From Vulcanimicrobiota bacterium (GTDB taxonomy: Bacteria; Vulcanimicrobiota; Vulcanimicrobiia; Vulcanimicrobiales; Vulcanimicrobiaceae): a stretch of 64,000 bases of DNA. The translations under genes were made by a program, and so were the position numbers. Numbering within the stretch: the first letter of the stretch is position 1; each line of letters begins with the position of its first letter. The notes below the pieces were generated by a model. That model had not been told where the DNA came from. It saw only the letters and a list, made by a program, of their open reading frames with translations, and searched no databases. Shown in pieces: positions 10,340 to 18,760 of this stretch. The DNA lies in assembly GCA_963777315.1 (NCBI GenBank), contig CAVZQC010000001.1:160001-224000 (forward strand). Reading direction: 5' to 3'.

Positions 10340-11203
10340 ATGCGCCGGCTCATCGTTACTGCGGACGACTTCGGCTTGGCGGTCGAAGTCAACGAGGCCG
10401 TCGAGCGCGGCCATCGCGAAGGCATTCTTTCTACGGCCAGCCTGATGGTCGCGGCGCCCGCAACCGAGGATGCGATAGCGCGCGCGCGCGCGCTGCCGTC
10501 GCTGCGCGTGGGGCTGCACGTCGTACTGGTCAACGGCCGCCCCACGTTGCCTCCCGAAGCGGTGCCCGCCCTGGTCGACGCCAACGGCGAGTTTGCCGCG
10601 GATCTCTTTGCCGCCGGGGTGCGCTATTTTTTCACGCCCGGCATACGCGCGCAGCTGCGAGCCGAGATCCGCGCACAGTTCGCGGCTTTTGCGGCAACGG
10701 GGCTCGATCTGGATCACGTCAACTCGCAAAACCACATGCACGTGCATCCCACGGTGCTCTCGATTCTGATCCAAGTCGGACGCGAATACGGCGTGCGCGC
10801 GATCCGCATTCCACGCGAGCCGTTTTGGCCGTCCTGGCGCGCCACCCGAACCGATGCGCCCGTGCGTTTGGCGAATGCGGTTTTCCTCGCGCCGTGGCTG
10901 TGGCTGATGAGGCGCAGACTGCGCACTGCGTCGATTGCGGCCAACGACTACGTATTCGGCATGAACGACAGCGGCCGCATGAATCCCCAGCGGGTCCGCG
11001 CTTTCCTCACAAATCTGCCCGCCGCGACGAGCGAACTGTACGTGCACCCGGCAACGCGCGCGTGGCCGCAAGCTTCGCCGCCGGACTACGATTTCACCGG
11101 TGAGTTCGCGGCCCTGGTCGACCCGCAGGTTCGCCGCACGATAGCCCAATGCGGCATCACGCCGTTCACCTTCGCGCAATTGGCGGCACGCGATGTCGGC
11201 TGA
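10340..11203 (+). CDS. hpnK: hopanoid biosynthesis deacetylase (YdjC family)
   Basis: LIVTADDFG, GLHVVL, DHVNSQNHMHVHP, ELYVHP; start re-called at ATG 10340. Confidence 0.88.
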   Translation: MRRLIVTADDFGLAVEVNEAVERGHREGILSTASLMVAAPATEDAIARARALPSLRVGLHVVLVNGRPTLPPEAVPALVDANGEFAADLFAAGVRYFFTPGIRAQLRAEIRAQFAAFAATGLDLDHVNSQNHMHVHPTVLSILIQVGREYGVRAIRIPREPFWPSWRATRTDAPVRLANAVFLAPWLWLMRRRLRTASIAANDYVFGMNDSGRMNPQRVRAFLTNLPAATSELYVHPATRAWPQASPPDYDFTGEFAALVDPQVRRTIAQCGITPFTFAQLAARDVG

Positions 11204-12371
11204 CGTTCGCAGGCTCATTGCCGGCGCGGCGCTGGCATTCACCGGCGCAGGCATGGCGTATGCCGCCTTTTCCATCGCGCAAATGCGCCGGTTTCGTGCA
11301 CGCATGGCGGAACCGCCGCCTCGCTTCATGCCGCCGATCACGATACTCAAACCGCTGCGCGGCAACGAGATTGGATTGTACGAAAACCTGCGTTCGTTCT
11401 GCGATCAGCGATACGCACGGTATCAGGTGATATTCGGTGCAGCCGATGCAAACGATCCGGCGCTCGAGGTCGCGCGCGCCGTTCAGCGCGAGCATCCGCA
11501 GACGGACGTCAAAATCGTCGGCGGCCGCGCGGTGCCGTCCAACAACCCCAAGATCGGCAATCTGCTGGGCACGATCGCGCACGCCAAATACGAGCTGCTC
11601 GTGGTTGCCGACAGCGACGTTCGGGTGGGGCCCGGCTATTTGGCGGCCGTTGCGGCGTGTTTTATCGACCCGAACGTGGGAGCCGCCACGTGCACTTACG
11701 GCGGAACGCCCACGGGCGGCGTTCCGTCACAGCTGGGCGCGATGTTCGTCAACGAACATTTCTCGCCGTCCGTTCTCGTGGCAAGCGCGCTCGAGCCGCT
11801 CTCGTATTGCTTTGGCGCGACCATGGCGGTTCGCAAGGACGTGCTCGAACGCGTCGGCGGTTTGGGCGCGCTTTCCGACCGGCTGGGGGATGATTATTTT
11901 TTAGGTAAGCTCGTTGCGGCGCAGGGCTGGATCGTCGACCTCTGCCCATACGTAGTGCGCACCTCGATCGCCGAACGCGATCTCAAATCTCTGTGGCTGC
12001 GCGAGTTGCGTTGGGCGCGCACGATTCGGGCCCAACGGCCCGTAGGCTACGCCGGATCGATCGTAACGTACGTTTTGCCGTTTGCGTGGCTATTCGCGCT
12101 GGCGACCCGCTCGCGGACGCTCGGCTGGGCGGTGGCCGTGACGGCGAGCGTTCTCCGTCTCGCCGTCCAATTCCAAGCGCTCAAGACTTTCGGCCCCGAG
12201 CTGCATGCGGCACCTTGGCTCATACCGGTCCGCGATGCCCTAGGCGTGGGGGTCTGGTGCGCCAGCTTCGCGGGACGCAACGTGACTTGGCAGCAGGCCC
12301 TGTACAGCGTGAATGCAGGCGGAGAGATCGTCGTACCGCCGGGCAATTGTAACGATTCTGTATACCGTTAG
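11193..12371 (+). CDS. hpnI: bacteriohopanetetrol glucosamine glycosyltransferase (GT21/GT2)
   Basis: ILKPLRG, NPKIGNL, DSDV, GDDY, RWARTIR; adjacent to hpnK. Confidence 0.88.
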   Translation: MSADVRRLIAGAALAFTGAGMAYAAFSIAQMRRFRARMAEPPPRFMPPITILKPLRGNEIGLYENLRSFCDQRYARYQVIFGAADANDPALEVARAVQREHPQTDVKIVGGRAVPSNNPKIGNLLGTIAHAKYELLVVADSDVRVGPGYLAAVAACFIDPNVGAATCTYGGTPTGGVPSQLGAMFVNEHFSPSVLVASALEPLSYCFGATMAVRKDVLERVGGLGALSDRLGDDYFLGKLVAAQGWIVDLCPYVVRTSIAERDLKSLWLRELRWARTIRAQRPVGYAGSIVTYVLPFAWLFALATRSRTLGWAVAVTASVLRLAVQFQALKTFGPELHAAPWLIPVRDALGVGVWCASFAGRNVTWQQALYSVNAGGEIVVPPGNCNDSVYR

Positions 12372-12453
12372 GGCGATGGACCTAACCCGAATGCAAGTTG
12401 CACATTTCAACGCCGATAGCATACGGTAAGTGAATGGAAGTAAAGGAGCGGAT

Positions 12454-12618
12454 ATGAACGGCCACACGCTGGTTGCGCTTGACGCGGATGACTCATATTT
12501 CAACGACTGGATGATCGACCTGTTCAGTCTCGAACGCTTTGCTTCCGACCGCTGGAACGAAAAGATGTGGACGGGCGTCAAGCCCACGTACGCGTCACTG
12601 CTGATCCGGCAAAATTAG
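12454..12618 (+). CDS. small hypothetical protein (54 aa)
   Basis: AAGGAG RBS upstream of ATG 12454; fills the intergenic space and is followed by a terminator hairpin. Confidence 0.6.
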   Translation: MNGHTLVALDADDSYFNDWMIDLFSLERFASDRWNEKMWTGVKPTYASLLIRQN

Positions 12619-12641
12619 ACGCAGGCACGAACCGTTTTGAA

Positions 12642-12672
12642 CGAAAGCCCCGCTCGGCACGCGGGGCTTTCG
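12642..12672. terminator. probable bidirectional intrinsic terminator
   Basis: 12-bp perfect stem CGAAAGCCCCGC/GCGGGGCTTTCG with 7-nt loop between convergent genes. Confidence 0.75.
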
Positions 12673-12673
12673 A

Positions 12674-14104
12674 TTATGCCGGACCGGTCATCTTCGCCGG
12701 AACGACGTACCGGTCGAATTCCTCAGCGGTGACGTGGCCTAATTCCACGGCGGCTTGCCGCAGTGTGGTCTTGCGGTGATGCGCGTGTTTGGCGATCTCG
12801 GCGGCTTTGTCGTAGCCGATCTTGGGCGAAAGGGCGGTTACCGTCATCAGCGATTCGTTCAGGTACCTGCCGATGACGTCTTCATTTGCCGCCAGCCCTT
12901 CGACGGCGTGTTCGCGAAACATCGTGCAAGTGTCGCGCAGCAGCGTACACGAATGCAGAAAGTTGTAGATCATCACGGGGTTGAACACGTTGAGTTCGAA
13001 GTTGCCCTGTGAGGCACCGAAACTGATCGCAAGATCGTTGCCGTACACTTGCGCCACCACCATGGTCATCGCTTCGGACTGCGTGGGGTTCACCTTTCCC
13101 GGCATAATGGACGATCCGGGCTCGTTTTCGGGAAGGATCAGTTCGCCGATGCCCGCACGCGGGCCCGACGCGAGCCACCGGATGTCGTTGGCGATCTTCA
13201 TGAGCGCAGCCCCGAGCGTTTTCAGGGCCCCCGAAGCGAACACGAAATCGTCGTGCGAGGCCAGCGCGGTGAATTTGTTGGGATGCGAGCGGAACGGCAG
13301 CCCGGTCAATTCCGCAATTTTCGCCGCTGCGCGCTGCGCGAATTCCGGGTGAGCGTTCAGGCCGGTGCCTACCGCCGTACCGCCGATTGCCAGATCGTAG
13401 AGCGGATCCAGCGCCGATTCGCACGCCTTGACGGCGCGGTCGAGCTGCGTGACGTATCCGGAAAACTCCTGGCCAAGCGTCAGCGGCGTTGCATCCTGCA
13501 AATGCGTGCGCCCTACTTTGACCAGCCGGTTCCACGATTGTGCCTTGGCGTCGAGCGCATCGCGCAGTTGCTTTACCGCCGGCAGCATGTCCACCATCGC
13601 TTCGGCGGCCGCCATGTGCATCGCCGTTGGAAACGTATCGTTGGAAGATTGCGACATGTTGACGTGATCGTTGGGATGGACCGGTTTCTTGCTGCCCATC
13701 TCGCCGCCGGCCATCTCGATGGCGCGATTGGAGATGACCTCGTTCACGTTCATGTTCGTCTGCGTGCCCGAGCCGGTCTGCCACACCCGCAACGGAAAAT
13801 GCGCGTAGAGTTTGCCGGCGATCACTTCATCCGCGGCTGCAGCGATCAGCCGGGTCTTTTCCTCGTCGAGCTTGCCCAAGTCGCGGTTGATCAGCGCTGC
13901 GGCTTTCTTGAGCACGGCCATGGCCTTGATGACCTGGCGCGGCATAACGTCGCGCGGCGCCGTGCTCTCGCCGATGTCGAAATGAATCAGCGAGCGAGCC
14001 GACTGCGCGCCGTAGTACTTGTCGTCGGGAACTTGGATCTTGCCCATGGAATCGGACTCGGTGCGGGTATTGACGCCGCTCGCCGGAAGATTGGTCGTAG
14101 TCAT
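12674..14104 (-). CDS. fumC: class II fumarate hydratase
   Basis: [40 protein letters not shown] signature. Confidence 0.97.
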   Translation of the reverse strand: MTTTNLPASGVNTRTESDSMGKIQVPDDKYYGAQSARSLIHFDIGESTAPRDVMPRQVIKAMAVLKKAAALINRDLGKLDEEKTRLIAAAADEVIAGKLYAHFPLRVWQTGSGTQTNMNVNEVISNRAIEMAGGEMGSKKPVHPNDHVNMSQSSNDTFPTAMHMAAAEAMVDMLPAVKQLRDALDAKAQSWNRLVKVGRTHLQDATPLTLGQEFSGYVTQLDRAVKACESALDPLYDLAIGGTAVGTGLNAHPEFAQRAAAKIAELTGLPFRSHPNKFTALASHDDFVFASGALKTLGAALMKIANDIRWLASGPRAGIGELILPENEPGSSIMPGKVNPTQSEAMTMVVAQVYGNDLAISFGASQGNFELNVFNPVMIYNFLHSCTLLRDTCTMFREHAVEGLAANEDVIGRYLNESLMTVTALSPKIGYDKAAEIAKHAHHRKTTLRQAAVELGHVTAEEFDRYVVPAKMTGPA

Positions 14105-14176
14105 GCTGCTTATCTTCGCTGGGCGCCCGCAAAATCTGCCCGGATAAACGTCGCAATGCGCGGGCGGCGCGCCGGC

Positions 14177-14722
14177 TCAGCCGCGGCCCTTGAACGCTGC
14201 GCGGCCCGTCGTAACGCCCATTTCCCGCGTCTGCACGATTTCGATGACGCTCAGCGGGAAGCGCGAGTCATAACCGCGTTTGCTGCAGCGCCCGCAACTC
14301 ATCGCAGTCGACGGCAAGCGCCGGCGCAGCAGTTCGAGACCGCACTTGTCGCAGCGCAGGATGTAACGCTTGCCGCTTTCGTTGTAGGGCTTGACGTTGC
14401 CGAGATCGTGATAGATCGAAGCCATGCCGCAATCGCGCATCTTTTTGCGAAACGCCGAGCCGTGGCCCGTGTCGCCGGAGCGATCGTACAGCCAGGCGTG
14501 AATCATTTCGTGCAGCAGCGTTTCCCGCAGCGCCTGCGGGTGGTGCTCGAAGTGTTTGGGTGAAAGCTCGACCAGCAGCGGGCGTTCGCTGTACGTTATC
14601 CGGCCCGCGGAGTTGGAAAACCGGGCATTGTACCGCAGGCGGCACACCGGCACCTCGCCGTTGAAATAGTAGTTGTTCAACTCGGCGAAGAGCAGCTGAA
14701 GATCCGTTTCCGAGGGCAGCAC
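14177..14722 (-). CDS. SprT-like zinc metalloprotease
   Basis: LLHEMIH HExxH, GHG..F, C-terminal CxxC...CxxC zinc ribbon. Confidence 0.85.
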   Translation of the reverse strand: MLPSETDLQLLFAELNNYYFNGEVPVCRLRYNARFSNSAGRITYSERPLLVELSPKHFEHHPQALRETLLHEMIHAWLYDRSGDTGHGSAFRKKMRDCGMASIYHDLGNVKPYNESGKRYILRCDKCGLELLRRRLPSTAMSCGRCSKRGYDSRFPLSVIEIVQTREMGVTTGRAAFKGRG

Positions 14723-14757
14723 GAAGAGTTGGTTCGTCGCGCGTCCAAACGAGTCTT

Positions 14758-15189
14758 GTGCCCTCCCCCGTCCGGCGCGGTCTTCCGCCGCGCGCTTACG
14801 TTCCGATCGTCGTCGTCGTTGCGGCGATCTTTTTGGGCATCATGGCGTGGCTCGTGCACGCGGGTTTTACCACCGGCGGTTCCGTCTTCGGCGCCGGTAC
14901 TGGAGCAAGCAATCACACAGCCGTCGTGAACGCCGGTCCGCCGGCGGTCAGCGTTGAAGGCGGACCGCCGGCGGGCGTTCGCGTCGCGCTGCAGGAACTG
15001 CGCGATCGCATCGCGCGCAATCCCAAGGACGACGTCGCGCTCACGCAACTGGGCGACATGTATCTGGCCGTGGGAAAATATGCGCAGGCCATTCCCTACT
15101 ATCGTCGCGCCCTTGCCGTCAATCCCGGCAACGCCGCCGCGAAGGAAGGCCTCGCACAGGCACGCAGCGGACTACAAGGCTCGCAATGA
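14758..15189 (+). CDS. membrane-anchored TPR protein
   Basis: N-terminal TM helix, C-terminal TPR (LGDMYLAVGKYAQAIPYYRRALAVNP); ATGA coupling to the next gene. Confidence 0.75.
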   Translation: MPSPVRRGLPPRAYVPIVVVVAAIFLGIMAWLVHAGFTTGGSVFGAGTGASNHTAVVNAGPPAVSVEGGPPAGVRVALQELRDRIARNPKDDVALTQLGDMYLAVGKYAQAIPYYRRALAVNPGNAAAKEGLAQARSGLQGSQ

Positions 15190-16019
15190 AGCTCTATATT
15201 TCCTGCGATATGGAAGGCACGGCCGGCGTGTGCAGCTGGATGCAGTGCGATCCGTCCAACGCGCGCGAATACCCAATCTATCGCCGCTACATGTCGCAGG
15301 AGGTGCGCGCCGCGATAGACGGCGCGCGCAGCGCCGGCGTCACGCAGGTGCTGGTCAACGATTCGCACTGGGATATGCGCAATCTGCTGTGGGACGAATT
15401 GCCCGACGACGTTCGAGTGCTCAGCGGATCGCGCAAGCCGTTCTCGATGACGCAGGGACTCGACGCCGGATATGCCGGCGCCTTCTTTACGGGGTATCAC
15501 GCCAAGGTCGGAGACGCCGACGGCGTCCTCGCGCATACGTACACTGCCGAAACGCTCTACAACGTTCGCATCAACGGCATCGCCTGCAGCGAAGCGCTTC
15601 TCAACGCCGCCATGGCGGGATATTACGGCATTCCGCTGCTGCTCGTCAGCGGCGATCGGGTCGTCGTCGATCACGTTTGCGAGCATATGCCCTGGGTGCG
15701 CGGCGTCGCGGTCAAAGAAGGCATCGGCCATTATTCCGCCGATTCGATCACGCCCAAGGCGGCGCAGGCGCTGCTCGCGCAGGCCGCAGCCGAGGCAGTG
15801 CGCGCTGCTGCCCAGGCAAAACCGTTCACGTTCTCCGCGCCGATCACGCTGGAGTTGGATACCGCGCGCGCCGAACAGGCGGACTTCATCGAGCTCATGC
15901 CGGGCTTCCGGCGAACCGCCGGGCGAACCGTGCTCTTTGCACACGACGATTATTTGACGGTGTTCCGCGCGTTCGTCGCTGCATTCCGTCTAGGCGGCGC
16001 GGCCGGCGCCATCGCTTGA
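15186..16019 (+). CDS. M55 family D-aminopeptidase (DppA-like), copy 1
   Basis: YISCDMEG, NDSH, FTGYH, HT, SGD motifs. Confidence 0.92.
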   Translation: MKLYISCDMEGTAGVCSWMQCDPSNAREYPIYRRYMSQEVRAAIDGARSAGVTQVLVNDSHWDMRNLLWDELPDDVRVLSGSRKPFSMTQGLDAGYAGAFFTGYHAKVGDADGVLAHTYTAETLYNVRINGIACSEALLNAAMAGYYGIPLLLVSGDRVVVDHVCEHMPWVRGVAVKEGIGHYSADSITPKAAQALLAQAAAEAVRAAAQAKPFTFSAPITLELDTARAEQADFIELMPGFRRTAGRTVLFAHDDYLTVFRAFVAAFRLGGAAGAIA

Positions 16020-16029
16020 TGCCGCCACG

Positions 16030-16866
16030 ATGAACCTTTACATCTCGTGCGACATGGAAGGCACGGCGGGCGTTTGCAGCTGGCAGCAGGTCGACGCGCG
16101 CAACCAGACCGCCGACTACGCGATCTATCAAAAGTACATGACGGGCGAAGTCGCCGCGGCCGTCGAGGGCGCGCGAGAATCGGGTGCGACCGGCGTGCTG
16201 ATCAACGACTCGCACGGCCCAATGCGCAATCTACTCTTGGACGATCTTCCGCACGACGTTCGCGTACTGTTCGGTAGCCGCAAACCCTACTCGATGACGC
16301 AGGGAATCGAGGGCGGATACGATGCGGTGTTCTTCACCGGCTACCACGGCGCCATCGGGGACGCCGATGCAACGCTGTGCCACACGTACACGCCCTCGGT
16401 CGTCTACGACGTGCGGGTGAACGGCATCCGCTGCAGCGAAGCGACTCTCAACGCCGGCCTTGCGGGCCATTACAACGCGCCGGTGCTGCTCGTTACGGGC
16501 GATCGCGCCACCGTGGAAAGCGCCCGAGCGCAGATGCCGTGGATAACCGGCGCCGTCGTAAAGGAGAGCATCGGGCACTACGCGGTCGATTCGATGTCTC
16601 CACGCGCCGCGCAGCAGGCGATACGCGCCGCAGCGGCACGAGCGTTCCGCAGCATGTCCAACGCTAAACCGTACGTGTTCCAACGGCCGATTGCGCTGGA
16701 GATCGACGTGGCTCGCGTGGAACAGGCGGATCTGATCGAATTGATTCCGGAATTCCAACGGCTGGGGCCGCGGCGCGTGCGTTTCGTGCACGAAGACTAT
16801 CCCACGGTGTTCAAGGCGTTCGTAGCGGCGTTTCGGATGGGGGCGCTGGCGGACGGTCCGGCGTAG
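16030..16866 (+). CDS. M55 family D-aminopeptidase (DppA-like), copy 2
   Basis: Same motifs; clear paralog of the preceding gene. Confidence 0.92.
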   Translation: MNLYISCDMEGTAGVCSWQQVDARNQTADYAIYQKYMTGEVAAAVEGARESGATGVLINDSHGPMRNLLLDDLPHDVRVLFGSRKPYSMTQGIEGGYDAVFFTGYHGAIGDADATLCHTYTPSVVYDVRVNGIRCSEATLNAGLAGHYNAPVLLVTGDRATVESARAQMPWITGAVVKESIGHYAVDSMSPRAAQQAIRAAAARAFRSMSNAKPYVFQRPIALEIDVARVEQADLIELIPEFQRLGPRRVRFVHEDYPTVFKAFVAAFRMGALADGPA

Positions 16867-18760
16867 CCGCCGGCACGTATTTTTCAAACCACGCGAGGAT
16901 TCGCGAGCAGTAGTCGACGTACGCTTCGAAGCGTCGAATGCCGTGCCCCTCCTGCGGGTAAATGACCAGCTCGCAGACCGCTCCGTTGAGCACGAGCGCG
17001 CGATGAAACGATCGCGCCTGAGCCGGATCGCAGTTGGTATCCAAAGCGCCGGCGATCGAAAGCGTCGGAGTGCGCACGCTGCCCGCATACCTGATGGGGC
17101 TGCGTGAAACGAACGGGCCGTTGGAGTCAAACGGATCGCCGCCCAAAAACAGCGCATCGCCCAGCGCATTGTCCGATTCGAATCGCATTGAAAACCAATC
17201 GGTGATCGGAAAGGCGCTTACGGCAGCCGCGAACATGTTCGTCTGCGTAACCAGCCACGCGGCCATGAATCCCCCGTGACTGCCGCCCATTACCGCCAGG
17301 CGACCGGCTTGGGCAATCCCTTGACCGATCAAGAACTCTATGCCGCACAGTATGTCGTACGTCTCTTCTCCGCCCACGTCGCCGCGCACCATTTGCGCAA
17401 ATGCTTGGCCTCTGCCGGCGCTTCCGCGCGGGTTGGGAAGCAGCACCGCGTAACCGCGGCTCACCAGCAATCCGGTCAACTGCTGGGAAAGCGCCCACGA
17501 GTTGGTATGCGCGGAAACCGGGCCGCCGTGAACGAGGACGACGAGTGGAAACGGGCCGTCCGCACTCGGTCGTGCCAAGTATCCGTGAATGGACAGACCG
17601 TCGCGCGCTTTCCAGGAAATTTCCTTGAGATCGGCCGTCGTTTCGGCGACGTACGCGCTGCCGGCGTGTGCGAAGCCATGCAGCGAAACGGCAGGCTCTG
17701 CGCCGTCGAAGTACACCAGCGATGGAGCGTTCGCGTACGAATGGGCAACCGTGACGTACCCTTTACCCGCGCGCGCCGTGGCCGGATATGTGCGAAGCCA
17801 TGTCTCTCGCGCGCGACGCGCGATGCGCGCGCGCGCACTGGAGGTGTGGATTACTCCGGCTGCCACTTCGAAATCGCAAAGGCCGGCAAAATCGAATTCC
17901 CCGTTGCCGGCGGCTTGCAGAAACGTCACGTCGACGCCGTGCGTATCGACGGCGCGCCTTTGCCAAGCGCGCCCGCGTTCGAAGAGCTGCACGTCTCCGG
18001 CGACCAGCCCGCGGTCGCTGCAGCACGCCTCCACCACTGCAACGAACGCACCGTCGGGCGTGGCAGCCGGTAGGCCGAGCTCGTATTCCGGCCGGTAGAT
18101 CGTCCGGCACGCGTCCGCGGACAGCGGTAGATGAACCAGCCGCGTTTCGTGCCAAGCGCCTTCACGCGGGTCGTCGGATACGATCGCGGCGACGGCGTCG
18201 TTTCCGCACCAGACCGCTTCCCAAAACGTCAGGGCGTGCGGGTGGATCGCTTGGACGCAGCCATCGGCTACCACGTACGCGAAAATGCGCCGCCACTGCG
18301 TGCAGGCATTCGGCGGTTCCGTTTTGGGAAACCACTCCGGGTGCTCGTTGCGCGAAGCCGTAACGGCCGTTCGCAGGAGAATTCGAGCACCGTCGGGCGA
18401 CCAGCTGAGCGATTCGGCCGATCCCGGCACTTCGGAAGCCTCAGGACGAATCATTCCGTTCGTATCGGCGACGTACAACCGGAACCGCCCCGGACTGCCT
18501 CGATCGGAAAGAAAGGCGAGTTGGCCGGACGGCGACCAACGCGGCCCGATATCGTTGCCGCCGCTTTCGAGCAGAGACAGCGCGCAGGCGGCGGTGTCGA
18601 ACACGCCGATTCGCGATGCTGCAACGCCGCCGAGCTGCTCGTAGACGGAGCCGGCCAGCGCGACGTAACGCCCATCGTGCGATGCGCTCACTTCGCGCAC
18701 GTCCTCGAGCTTGCCCAAACCCGGTTCGTAGATCCGGCGAAAATGCTCGAAGACGCTCAC
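16811..18760 (-). CDS. S9 family serine peptidase (prolyl oligopeptidase/acylaminoacyl peptidase-like)
   Basis: WSPDG propeller repeats, VHGGP, NPRGS, GGSHGG nucleophile, D (LDTNC), EGHG; GTG 18760 overlaps the upstream stop (GTGA); no signal peptide seen. Confidence 0.9.
   Translation of the reverse strand: MSVFEHFRRIYEPGLGKLEDVREVSASHDGRYVALAGSVYEQLGGVAASRIGVFDTAACALSLLESGGNDIGPRWSPSGQLAFLSDRGSPGRFRLYVADTNGMIRPEASEVPGSAESLSWSPDGARILLRTAVTASRNEHPEWFPKTEPPNACTQWRRIFAYVVADGCVQAIHPHALTFWEAVWCGNDAVAAIVSDDPREGAWHETRLVHLPLSADACRTIYRPEYELGLPAATPDGAFVAVVEACCSDRGLVAGDVQLFERGRAWQRRAVDTHGVDVTFLQAAGNGEFDFAGLCDFEVAAGVIHTSSARARIARRARETWLRTYPATARAGKGYVTVAHSYANAPSLVYFDGAEPAVSLHGFAHAGSAYVAETTADLKEISWKARDGLSIHGYLARPSADGPFPLVVLVHGGPVSAHTNSWALSQQLTGLLVSRGYAVLLPNPRGSAGRGQAFAQMVRGDVGGEETYDILCGIEFLIGQGIAQAGRLAVMGGSHGGFMAAWLVTQTNMFAAAVSAFPITDWFSMRFESDNALGDALFLGGDPFDSNGPFVSRSPIRYAGSVRTPTLSIAGALDTNCDPAQARSFHRALVLNGAVCELVIYPQEGHGIRRFEAYVDYCSRILAWFEKYVPAATPDRPPAPPSETPLRTP

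Noticed and set aside
9215..11365. Apparent 716-aa fni and other N-terminally extended ORFs (hpnH 663 aa, hpnC 593 aa, sufS 697 aa)
   Set aside because: Extensions overlap neighbouring genes; internal starts with coupling or RBS explain them, so they are not fusions
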